64,000 nt of DNA from Salinispira sp. (GTDB taxonomy: Bacteria > Spirochaetota > Spirochaetia > DSM-27196 > Salinispiraceae): the NCBI GenBank assembly GCA_965602015.1, contig OZ271918.1, forward strand, positions 928,001 through 992,000, read 5' to 3'. Under the pieces are notes generated by a model. The model did no database searches. It was not told where the DNA came from and worked only from the letters and a program-made list of their open reading frames with translations. The position numbers and the translations under genes are program-made. Every line of letters starts with the position of its first letter. Position 1 is the first letter of the stretch. Shown one piece after another: positions 55,928-64,000 of the stretch.

Positions 55928-56329
55928 GTACATAATCTGACGGCGGTTCTGGATATCATGAAGCAGGTCTTCCAGAGTTTTATCAAGATGTTCCCTGATG
56001 ACGGTTTCCAGCCCGTTCCAGAAAAAGTTCAGCATGTTGGACTGCTTCTGCTCGGGAAGAACCTCGAGCTTGCCTTCAAGCAGGGTTAATACCTCGAGGA
56101 TCGCGATGGCCGAGGGTTGTCGGGCCAGGGCATACCCTCCCTGGGCGCCTCTGAAACTCTCCACGACCCCTGCCTTTTTTAGGATTACCAGTATCTGCTC
56201 CAGGTAATGCTGGGGAATGTCGTGGGCTGCTGCGATATCCTTTATTTGCTTCGGCCCCTGCTGATAACAAAGACCTAATTCGACCACGGCGGCCAGCCCG
56301 TAGATACCCCGGGCGGTGACGGTAAACAT
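55919..56329 (-). CDS. Rrf2-family regulator lacking the IscR Cys ligands (CymR-like)
   Basis: YGLAA, YLEQIL, SFRGAQGGYALA, LEG; no C-terminal Cys triad. Confidence 0.9.
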   Translation of the reverse strand: MFTVTARGIYGLAAVVELGLCYQQGPKQIKDIAAAHDIPQHYLEQILVILKKAGVVESFRGAQGGYALARQPSAIAILEVLTLLEGKLEVLPEQKQSNMLNFFWNGLETVIREHLDKTLEDLLHDIQNRRQIMYSI

Positions 56330-56347
56330 GACTTCATAATAGCCCTG

Positions 56348-57700
56348 TTAGAGGATTTTTCCAAGCAGGTCATTTTCCAGATATCCCCGTATCCGCTGCC
56401 GGTCCCGCAGCTCCTGCAGAATCAGCTCTTCCAGGCTTTCGGCCGCCTCTGTTCCGTCGCACACATCGCAGCCTGCGCAGTACTCCGGTTCCTGATCGAT
56501 TGACTCCAGGGCCTGCCGTCTTCGGCATCTGCCCGGTGCAAACATCCCGTCCCCGGTTTGAAGGAGGACGCTGAATGCGGGCTTCCCGTCGCGGCCTGCC
56601 CGTCCACTTTCCTGCAGGAAATCCTCCATGCTCTCAGGGCAATCGGCGTGCAGGCAGCAGCGAACCCCCGGCAGATCCAAGCCGGTTCCGAAAGCCTTGG
56701 TTACGAAGGCCAGGGCCCTGTCACTTTGAGCGTAGCGGGCTTCTATCTCCCGGCGCCGGGATGATGATAATCCGGCGTGGTAGTACCAGATATCCACATC
56801 CCCTCGTCCCCACTGACGGAACCAGATCCTGGCGCGGGCTGCCAGCTCTTCGCATCGGCGCCTGCTCGACAGAAACACCAGCATGGGCAGTTTTACCTCA
56901 GCGGCCAGAGCCTGCAAGACCGGGGAGGCCGGCGGGTGGCGATACTCGGCCGCGCAGCTCAGCAAGTATTGCAGTCCTATGAGCTGATCTGCGGACCCGA
57001 TGCTCCGGTAATGAATGTTTTTCCTGTCGCATAGCAACTCGATGGTCTCGTAGCTGTCTTCCCTCCATAACAGATTTCCCAGAATCGTCCGTTCGTCCCG
57101 GCTGATGGTGGCGGTACAGGCGATGGTCACCGGATCGTCGAGCATTTGCCGGATGTGCAGTATTTTTAACAGCTCAGGGCGGAAGCTGCCGCCCCATTGA
57201 AGCACCAGGTGGGCCTCATCAATCACCAACAATTTCACCTGTTTTTCGAAGAGCAGCGGGAGCAGCGGCGCCCGGGAGGCCGATTCCGCATTGGTGAGAA
57301 TGGCGCCCTTGTGCATGCGTCGGATTTCTTCAAGGGCGTGCTGCTTTTCCGGAATGTCCATAGCGCCGCAATAGGCCACCGCAGCTATGCCCGCCCGGCG
57401 GAATTTTTCCCGCTGGTCGCGAAGCAGGGCATTGAGGGGGTAGAGAATAACCGAGACTCCCTCCACCAGGGATGCCGGTGCGCTAAAGCAGATACTCTTG
57501 CCGCTGCCGGTGGGGAGACAGAGCAGGAGGCCCCGCCGGCTTTCAGAGCGCGCCTGGTCGCCGGCAAGCCCGAGGCAGGAAACAGCGTAGTGGATGGCCA
57601 GTTCCTGATGGGGATACAGATAATCCAGGGAAAATCGGGTGAGGATATCCCGGCGCATGGTTTCCCAGGTCTTTGCTGATTCATGTGTTTTTACAGTCAT
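56348..57700 (-). CDS. RecQ-like DEAH helicase, short form
   Basis: PTGSGKS, DEAH...WGGSFRP, TAT, YHAGL, QESGRAGRDG, and Zn module CRR...CAGCDVC. Confidence 0.88.
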   Translation of the reverse strand: MTVKTHESAKTWETMRRDILTRFSLDYLYPHQELAIHYAVSCLGLAGDQARSESRRGLLLCLPTGSGKSICFSAPASLVEGVSVILYPLNALLRDQREKFRRAGIAAVAYCGAMDIPEKQHALEEIRRMHKGAILTNAESASRAPLLPLLFEKQVKLLVIDEAHLVLQWGGSFRPELLKILHIRQMLDDPVTIACTATISRDERTILGNLLWREDSYETIELLCDRKNIHYRSIGSADQLIGLQYLLSCAAEYRHPPASPVLQALAAEVKLPMLVFLSSRRRCEELAARARIWFRQWGRGDVDIWYYHAGLSSSRRREIEARYAQSDRALAFVTKAFGTGLDLPGVRCCLHADCPESMEDFLQESGRAGRDGKPAFSVLLQTGDGMFAPGRCRRRQALESIDQEPEYCAGCDVCDGTEAAESLEELILQELRDRQRIRGYLENDLLGKIL

Positions 57701-57755
57701 GCACTGGTACTACAGCCGGGGCTACCGCTGACGCTTCGTATTCGGCGGGAAAAAA

Positions 57756-58919
57756 TCAGGGCGACGGAAGGGAGAAGGCGAAGGTGCTGCCGGTTTTATC
57801 GCTTTCTGCCAGCCAGAGGCGGCCTCCGTTGGCGTGGACGAAATCCCGGCAAAGATGGAGCCCCAGGCCCGAACCCTTTTCATACTCGGTTCCCGGGGTA
57901 GTCGAATAGTTGCCCAGCTCGAAAAGCGACTCGACGTTTTCCACTCCGCGTCCGCTGTCCCGGACGAAAATCTGCCGGTCGCCGTCGGCGCAACGGCTGA
58001 ACACATCGATGCTTCCTCCCCGGGGAGTAAACTTCAGGGCGTTTGATATCAGATTTCGGAAGATAATCTGAACCATGTTGACATCGGCTCTCGCCCGGCA
58101 ATCCGGTTCCACATGCACATTCAGGACGATTTCCTTGTGCTCCGCCATGTGGGCCAGTTCCATTTTTACCCTCCTGGCCACCGATGAAAGGTCCACTTCG
58201 GTGAGGTTTTGCTTGACCCCCTGGAACTGGGTTCTTGCCCACTGGAGCAAATTATCCATCATCATCAGTTCCTGATGCCCGGCATTGTACAGTATGGTTA
58301 TAAACTCTTCCTTTTCTTCTGCGGTGAGGCTGTCGCCGTTGTGTTTGAGCATGTCCAGGGTGCCGATTATTGAGTTAAACGGGCTTCTGAGATCATGGGC
58401 GATGATGGTAAACAAGCGTTCGCGGAAGGCAATTTCCTCGTTGAGCCGCTTTTTGGCCTGCTGAAGCTCCAGGTGGACGCCGACCCGGGCGGTGAACTCT
58501 TCCGGGTGAAAGGGTTTGGAAATAAAATCAACTCCTCCGGACCTGAAGCTCTCCAACATTCCTTCGGTATCGGTCCTGGCCGAAAGGAAAATGATTGGCA
58601 CTTCGGAGCTCGGATAATCGCTTCGAATCTGTCTGCTTACCTGAAAGCCGTCCATTTCAGGCATCATGATATCCAGTACAATGAGATCTGGAAGGTCTTT
58701 TTCGATGATACCCAAGGCTTCCGGGCCGCTCTGGGCAAAACTGATATCGTAACCCTGCTGGGACAATATTCTTCCGGCGAGCTGGATGTTTCGGGGTTCA
58801 TCATCCACCAGGAGAATCCAGGGGTGCTCCCGCTGCTTGGGCCGTTGGGCTTCGATCTTCACAATTTCCGACATACTATTACAATTATCATAAACGCCTT
58901 GGATGAAATCAAATATCAC
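57756..58919 (-). CDS. Hybrid receiver-histidine kinase (start may be ATG 58874)
   Basis: REC (VDD, LDIMMP, KPF), H-box AHDLRSP, NALKF, DSGRG, GSGLGL. Confidence 0.93.
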   Translation of the reverse strand: MIFDFIQGVYDNCNSMSEIVKIEAQRPKQREHPWILLVDDEPRNIQLAGRILSQQGYDISFAQSGPEALGIIEKDLPDLIVLDIMMPEMDGFQVSRQIRSDYPSSEVPIIFLSARTDTEGMLESFRSGGVDFISKPFHPEEFTARVGVHLELQQAKKRLNEEIAFRERLFTIIAHDLRSPFNSIIGTLDMLKHNGDSLTAEEKEEFITILYNAGHQELMMMDNLLQWARTQFQGVKQNLTEVDLSSVARRVKMELAHMAEHKEIVLNVHVEPDCRARADVNMVQIIFRNLISNALKFTPRGGSIDVFSRCADGDRQIFVRDSGRGVENVESLFELGNYSTTPGTEYEKGSGLGLHLCRDFVHANGGRLWLAESDKTGSTFAFSLPSP

Positions 58920-61494
58920 CGTCCGTTATGCCGCTATTTTGCAGCATGCTCCGGTATTTGTTGAGCAGCCGTCTCATTTCGTCGATGTCAAATCGCTCTG
59001 ACGCTTTGGTGAGTGCGACCGCCAGCCGGTGGCAGTCAGAATCGGGGTAGTCCTGGCTTTCCTCTTTCAAAAGCGATGCGAAGCTGATGATGTCCTGCAA
59101 ACGCATTCTTTCGGTAGCCCGGAGGTACGAAGCGACGCTGTGCTCCAGGGCCCGTTTTATGACTTCAGGGGGCATGTGCTCGGCTTTCCCCCGCGCATGC
59201 TCAATTGCAACGCTCTGAACCGGGGCCTCCTGTCCGTCTTTATTCCCTGTCCCGGGGTAGCCGCCGGGCTCATGGGCCGCAATGGTTGCCCCGTCGTCTG
59301 GCCGGTCAATCCGCCGGGTCAGCAGGGGTGATAGCAGTCCGTAGAGCTGTTCCTTGCTGAAGGGCTTGGTCAGAAAGCCGTCAACCGCCAGCTCTGAGGG
59401 CTTGTTGCCGTGCTCGTCGGGATCATCCCCGGAAAGCACGATGATGCAGGCGGTGGCCAGCAGCTCAGGATAGCGGCGGCCCATCTCCGACAGGCATTGC
59501 CAACCGTCCATCTCGGGCATGTTGATGTCCATAAAAATCATGTCGGGCTGAATTTCAGCCAAGGCATCTACTGCCTGTACGGACGACTCAAATCTGTGCA
59601 CCGTGCAACCCCTGGCTTCGAGCATTCGGGCGAGGAGGAGCTGGTTCGAATAGCTATCGTCCACGCTGAGGGCGGTGTATCCCGTCAGATCATCCATTAG
59701 CGGAATGGAATCACCGGAGTTTGCTTCCTGTGATGAAGCGATCTTTTCAACAGGTATTTGCATGACAATTCTCGTGCCTCCGGTTTCCCTGGACGAGATT
59801 TCAAGGCTCCCCTCAAGCAGATCAATCAGACGGGAGCTTATTGTCAATCCCAGGCCGGAGCCGCCGTATTTCCGGGTTGAATTCTGCTCGCCCTGAGTGA
59901 ACATCGCGCGGTAATCCCCCAGGCGCTCCGGGGCCATACCGATTCCCTCATCGTCAATGCGTACCGTCAGGGTTCCCCCGCCGCTCTGCCGGTTCCTCAG
60001 CGAGAAGTGCAGGTCTATGACGCCCTTGCGGCTGAATTTCACGGCGTTGTCCACCAGCCGGCTGAGTATGCGCATGATCTTTTCTCTGTCGGATACGAGG
60101 TATCGAGGAAGGTCCGGATCACTTTCTAGTCTGATTTTCAAACCCTTCGCTTCCGCGGAGGATGAGTATGTCTGTTCTATCTCTTTCTGCAGGGAAAAGA
60201 TAGAAAACTCCTCTATCTGGAGCGGGACCCTGCCGGCTTCGATTTTAGCCAGGGTGAGAATGTTGTCGAGCATGGCGAATAGCTGCTGACCGCTTCGCTG
60301 TATGGTCCTGGCATATTGGCCGAGGGATTCGCTTCCCGCTTCTCCGGCGATAATTTCCGAGAATCCAAGTATGGCGTTGAGGGGGGTGCGAATCTCATGG
60401 CTCATATTTGCCAGAAACTCGTTTTTGCTCCGGTTGCTCTCCTCAGCCATGTCACGGGCCCGCCGCAACTGCCGTTCCCGCTCCATATTCGTGCTGATGT
60501 CCATATTCACCGCGAAGATTTGGCGGCAGCGCCCGTCATTCGTCCAGCTTCCCCAAATCATTTCGCGAAGCCAGCGCCATTTCCCCGAATCGGGATTTTC
60601 GGCCACCCGGAACCGGTAGTCCGCAGTTTCCGAACGGCGGTGAATAACGTCCTCGAAATGATTCCACACGGCGGGACGGTCCTGGGGATGAATGCGGTTT
60701 ATCAGATCCTGAAGCCTGGGAGGCTTTCCTCCGGCCAGAAGTTTTCGCATTGCCGGAAGATCGGGAGAGTGAGTGAAGGCGCCGGTGAGCAGGTTCCAAT
60801 CGTAATATCCTATGCCGCTTTGGCGGAGCGCTGTGGTCAGACGCTGTAATTGAACCTGCAATTCCTCCAGGGATTCCCGGTATTCGCCGCCGATAAGCAC
60901 AATTATCCGGCCGGGATACGCTTGTGATGACCTGCACAGCAGCTCCCGCTCACTCTCTCCCGGATGAAGACTCACTCCTGCGCTGATGAATTTATCACCG
61001 GGTTTCCTGCGGCCAATGAAGTCTTTGAGGGAATGATACAGCTCCTCGGATCCCTGGGCAGCATAGCGTATTTTTACCTGCTCCATGAGGCTGCCGGGGC
61101 CGGGCAGGTCGGGCTTTTTCCCGTCTTCCGCCTGTATTTCGGATATATCGAGTAGACCCGCGGCGATGTCATTCCAGTACACAAATTCGTCCCTGTTCAG
61201 ATCAAATAGCAGATAGGCCATGTCGGCGGCTCTCAGAATGTCCCGGCGCTCGGCGTCCAGAATTTTTTCCCGCTCAGCCCGAATCCTGCGCCGCTCAAAC
61301 TCCGCGATGATCAAAAATCCATAAGACATAAGTCCTGCGGTCACCAGCAGGCCGATGGCTAAGGTCTGAAACGGAGACTCACGGGTTGAAGAAAAAATGT
61401 AAATGATGGCCAGGGACAAAAAAGCCGGCGGTATGATGTAGAGGAGGGGGAACCGGGAAAACTGTCTGGTAGAGGGCTCCCGTGGATTAATCAT
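58909..61494 (-). CDS. Membrane hybrid sensor histidine kinase (TM-PAS-HisKA-HATPase-REC)
   Basis: Two TM segments, PAS-like IHPQDR...WRWL, ANMSHEIRTPL, NAVKF, GGSGLGL, REC MDINMP. Confidence 0.93.
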   Translation of the reverse strand: MINPREPSTRQFSRFPLLYIIPPAFLSLAIIYIFSSTRESPFQTLAIGLLVTAGLMSYGFLIIAEFERRRIRAEREKILDAERRDILRAADMAYLLFDLNRDEFVYWNDIAAGLLDISEIQAEDGKKPDLPGPGSLMEQVKIRYAAQGSEELYHSLKDFIGRRKPGDKFISAGVSLHPGESERELLCRSSQAYPGRIIVLIGGEYRESLEELQVQLQRLTTALRQSGIGYYDWNLLTGAFTHSPDLPAMRKLLAGGKPPRLQDLINRIHPQDRPAVWNHFEDVIHRRSETADYRFRVAENPDSGKWRWLREMIWGSWTNDGRCRQIFAVNMDISTNMERERQLRRARDMAEESNRSKNEFLANMSHEIRTPLNAILGFSEIIAGEAGSESLGQYARTIQRSGQQLFAMLDNILTLAKIEAGRVPLQIEEFSIFSLQKEIEQTYSSSAEAKGLKIRLESDPDLPRYLVSDREKIMRILSRLVDNAVKFSRKGVIDLHFSLRNRQSGGGTLTVRIDDEGIGMAPERLGDYRAMFTQGEQNSTRKYGGSGLGLTISSRLIDLLEGSLEISSRETGGTRIVMQIPVEKIASSQEANSGDSIPLMDDLTGYTALSVDDSYSNQLLLARMLEARGCTVHRFESSVQAVDALAEIQPDMIFMDINMPEMDGWQCLSEMGRRYPELLATACIIVLSGDDPDEHGNKPSELAVDGFLTKPFSKEQLYGLLSPLLTRRIDRPDDGATIAAHEPGGYPGTGNKDGQEAPVQSVAIEHARGKAEHMPPEVIKRALEHSVASYLRATERMRLQDIISFASLLKEESQDYPDSDCHRLAVALTKASERFDIDEMRRLLNKYRSMLQNSGITDGDI

Positions 61495-62207
61495 AACCTG
61501 TATTCTAATCCCTGAGGCCGGGCAATGAAACGGACGAGGCCGTTTTTGTCCACGAGTTCGATTTCCCGGTCTACTATTTCAGCGGCGATCTCGAAGCTGC
61601 GTTGGGAATAAAAGTGAACATGGGTGCTGTCATCCTTGTACCACCATTTTTCGAAGCCGGTTTTGTCAGGCGGGTAGAACATGGTCCCCACAGAAAGGAA
61701 TCCGTCTGACCCCAGCAGGGAAGCAAGCCTGCCCAGGGTCTTCCCCGGATTGTGCAGGTGCTCAAACACTTCATTCGAAAATATGGCGTTGAAACCCGGC
61801 AAACCCTTGGCGGCCAGGAATATCTCGGGATCATCGGGAAGAAAGAACGGATCGTAGGAGCACAGTATCAAGCCGGGGAATGTATCGGAGAGAATTCTCT
61901 CCAATGCCCTGGTGGGACCGCAACCGAAGTCAAGGAGCACATCACCAGGCTTCAGCCAGGGCAGCAGAATTTGACCTGCGATGGACAGTATGTAGTTCCG
62001 GTACCCCTCGTTGTTCGGGTCGTTATTGTGTTGCCGATAGCGGCGGCGTTCGCTTTCCCGTTTGGGCAGGGCTTCTTTGCGAACCGTAGTGCAGCGCGGG
62101 CAGCGCAGGTATGACAGGCCTCTGGCTTCCATCCAGTGTTCTGTCGTGCCTCCGCACAATCGGCATTGGTACCGGTCGGCAGCTGAAGTGTTGGTCACTT
62201 TTCCCAT
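61491..62207 (-). CDS. Class I SAM methyltransferase with N-terminal Zn ribbon
   Basis: CRLC...CPRC, LDFGCGP, EVFEH, WWYKDDSTHV; GAGG RBS before ATG 62207. Confidence 0.87.
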   Translation of the reverse strand: MGKVTNTSAADRYQCRLCGGTTEHWMEARGLSYLRCPRCTTVRKEALPKRESERRRYRQHNNDPNNEGYRNYILSIAGQILLPWLKPGDVLLDFGCGPTRALERILSDTFPGLILCSYDPFFLPDDPEIFLAAKGLPGFNAIFSNEVFEHLHNPGKTLGRLASLLGSDGFLSVGTMFYPPDKTGFEKWWYKDDSTHVHFYSQRSFEIAAEIVDREIELVDKNGLVRFIARPQGLEYRL

Positions 62208-62269
62208 TTCCTCATCGCCATCAACTATACTGGTATATGGGATAGTCGCCAACGCAGCAGGGAGTGAGT

Positions 62270-62623
62270 ATGTCAGGTAAAGCCGATCATTTTCTGAAAC
62301 TATTGAAGGTGGAGTTCGATGACATTCACGAGGACATCGGTCTCCTCGAAGCGGTCAGCATGGACCGCCTGAAGAATGCCGAAATTACGAATTACGTGTA
62401 CCACGAGAACTATGTGGTCTTTGAGCAGGAGAGACGGGCGGTTCACAGCCTGGCAAAGATCCTGGATGAGGCTGCCTGGGGCGGATATGAAGACCCCCGG
62501 TTGCTGCGCGATGATTTGCTCGACCACTTTGAAAAGAAAATTCATGAGTTGCAGCACCCCCCGGCGGTCATGTCGATGATCCGGCGCAAGATAGAAAAAA
62601 TTCATCAGTTTATCCTTTCATGA
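62270..62623 (+). CDS. Hypothetical protein
   Basis: Helical 117-aa ORF with GGGAG upstream; EITNYVYHEN segment. Confidence 0.65.
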   Translation: MSGKADHFLKLLKVEFDDIHEDIGLLEAVSMDRLKNAEITNYVYHENYVVFEQERRAVHSLAKILDEAAWGGYEDPRLLRDDLLDHFEKKIHELQHPPAVMSMIRRKIEKIHQFILS

Positions 62624-62670
62624 TCCCGCAGGGCACGGTATGATGGCCCCTTGAAGGAGAACTGCATATA

Positions 62671-64000
62671 ATGTCCCAGTCCATACTCGAAAATGAACCT
62701 ACAATACTCTGGAAGGAGTTTGCCGCCATATCAGCCATTCCCCGCTGTTCAAAATGCGAGGACGAGGTAGTGGCCTATATTATCTCACAGGCGGAAGCCC
62801 GGGGCCACGAGATCCGCCGGGATCCAATCGGCAATGTCGTTGTGGCGATCCCGGCAACGCCGGGGCATGAAAGCACTCCGGGAATCGTCGTCCAGGGCCA
62901 TGTCGACATGGTGTGTGAGCAAAATAGCGGCACGGGCCACGATTTCGCTCGCGACCCCATTTCCCTTGTGGTCGACGGTGAATGGCTCAAGGCCAAGGGT
63001 ACGACCCTCGGTGCGGATAACGGCATCGCCGTGGCAGCCATGCTTGCCCTCATAAACTCCGACGAGATCCAACACGGTCCGCTTGAGCTCCTGTTCACCA
63101 TCGATGAGGAAACCGGACTCACCGGCGCAATTGAACTGGATCCCTCAATAATCACTCACAAACGCATGATAAATCTCGACAGCGAAGAGGAAGGCATCTT
63201 CTACATCGGATGCGCGGGAGGAAAGGAAACCATTGGAACACTTCCCGTTCAGCACGAAAAAGCCCCGGAAGGACTGGCCATGGGTCGCATCGCGATTACC
63301 GGCCTCAACGGCGGCCACTCGGGATCGGACATCCACAAGCAGTTGGGGAACTCCCTGGTGCTTGCCGCCCGAATCCTGCGGGAACTCCCTCTGGATAGCC
63401 TTCACCTGGTCGACGTCCGGGGAGGCGATAAACACAACGCAATCCCCAGGGAAGCCTTTATTGATTTTCTCTGCCCTGAGAATCTCGCCGCCGGCATCCG
63501 TTCGACAATCAAAACGCTGGAAACATCGTTCAAAGCGGAATTCGGCAAGACCGAAAGCGGATTATCAGTGGCGCTTGAGCTCTCCAGCGGGGGAGAAGAT
63601 TACCCGTCGACAGTGCTGTCCGGTGCATCGGCAAAGACCCTGGCTACCATGATGTACTGCATTCCCCACGGAGTTCAGACCATGAGCCGTGCCATTCCCG
63701 GCCTGGTATCTACGAGCACCAATTTTGCGTCGCTGCGGATTTCCCAGGGGCAGGTTAAAATTCTTACGAGCCAGAGATCGGACATTCAGAGCCAATCCGA
63801 CGATATCGCGAACCGGGTCGCCAGCGCATTCCTCCTGGCGGGGGGAAATGCGGAATTTACCCGTGAATACCCCGGCTGGGAACCGGATCCGGATTCAGCC
63901 CTTCTGGCCAGCGCCGTTACTGCATACCAGAAAAAAAACGGCAAGAAACCGATAATCACATCGATTCACGCAGGTCTGGAATGCGGAGTTATCGGAGCCA
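62671..64000 (+). CDS. pepD: Aminoacyl-histidine dipeptidase (M20), 3' end outside the window
   Basis: Own translation from ATG 62671 (AAGGAG RBS): IPRCS, QGHVDMVCE, GTTLGADNGI, DEETG, NLDSEE, GGHSG, IHAGLECG. Absent from the ORF track because there is no stop in the window. Confidence 0.95.
   Translation, partial: MSQSILENEPTILWKEFAAISAIPRCSKCEDEVVAYIISQAEARGHEIRRDPIGNVVVAIPATPGHESTPGIVVQGHVDMVCEQNSGTGHDFARDPISLVVDGEWLKAKGTTLGADNGIAVAAMLALINSDEIQHGPLELLFTIDEETGLTGAIELDPSIITHKRMINLDSEEEGIFYIGCAGGKETIGTLPVQHEKAPEGLAMGRIAITGLNGGHSGSDIHKQLGNSLVLAARILRELPLDSLHLVDVRGGDKHNAIPREAFIDFLCPENLAAGIRSTIKTLETSFKAEFGKTESGLSVALELSSGGEDYPSTVLSGASAKTLATMMYCIPHGVQTMSRAIPGLVSTSTNFASLRISQGQVKILTSQRSDIQSQSDDIANRVASAFLLAGGNAEFTREYPGWEPDPDSALLASAVTAYQKKNGKKPIITSIHAGLECGVIGA

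Overview
Bacterial chromosomal window, probably a free-living spirochaete (inferred from the DUF4037-type and lipoprotein genes and the tRNAs lacking encoded CCA; not verified). Contents in order: partial pflB-pflA; two small exported-protein genes; a 1479-aa double-activase/dehydratase fusion resembling the anaerobic plasmalogen synthase PlsA; a translationally coupled [FeFe]-hydrogenase maturation operon (hydG-hydE-TM1266-like-aspA-like-hydF) divergent from feoA-feoB-small Cys-rich gene-DtxR repressor; pduO divergent from a cobalamin riboswitch that heads btuFCD and a late B12 operon (cobD::cobQ fusion, cbiB, cbiA, cobU, cobT, cobS, cobC); an AlkB-type monooxygenase; and a NarX/PilJ-type chemoreceptor broken by one in-frame TAA. 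A decaying accessory region (about 35.1-42.8 kb) follows, with reciprocal gene remnants, a HEPN-MNT toxin-antitoxin pair and structured tRNA-3'-end repeats next to tRNA-Arg(TCT) and tRNA-Pro(TGG). The rest is mostly housekeeping: mrp, nth, queG, pyrDK, Rrf2, RecQ-like helicase, two hybrid kinases and partial pepD. Most unusual signals: repeats carrying a non-resident tRNA-Arg 3' half with a fully compensated T-stem and a hairpin in its T-loop; a GGA-rich CsrA-site-like unit; a HydG auxiliary-cluster motif CX19CX5C; a long structured hydG leader; and at least seven apparently leaderless genes. No CRISPR array, integrase or transposase was seen. All calls come from reading motifs by eye; no searches were run.
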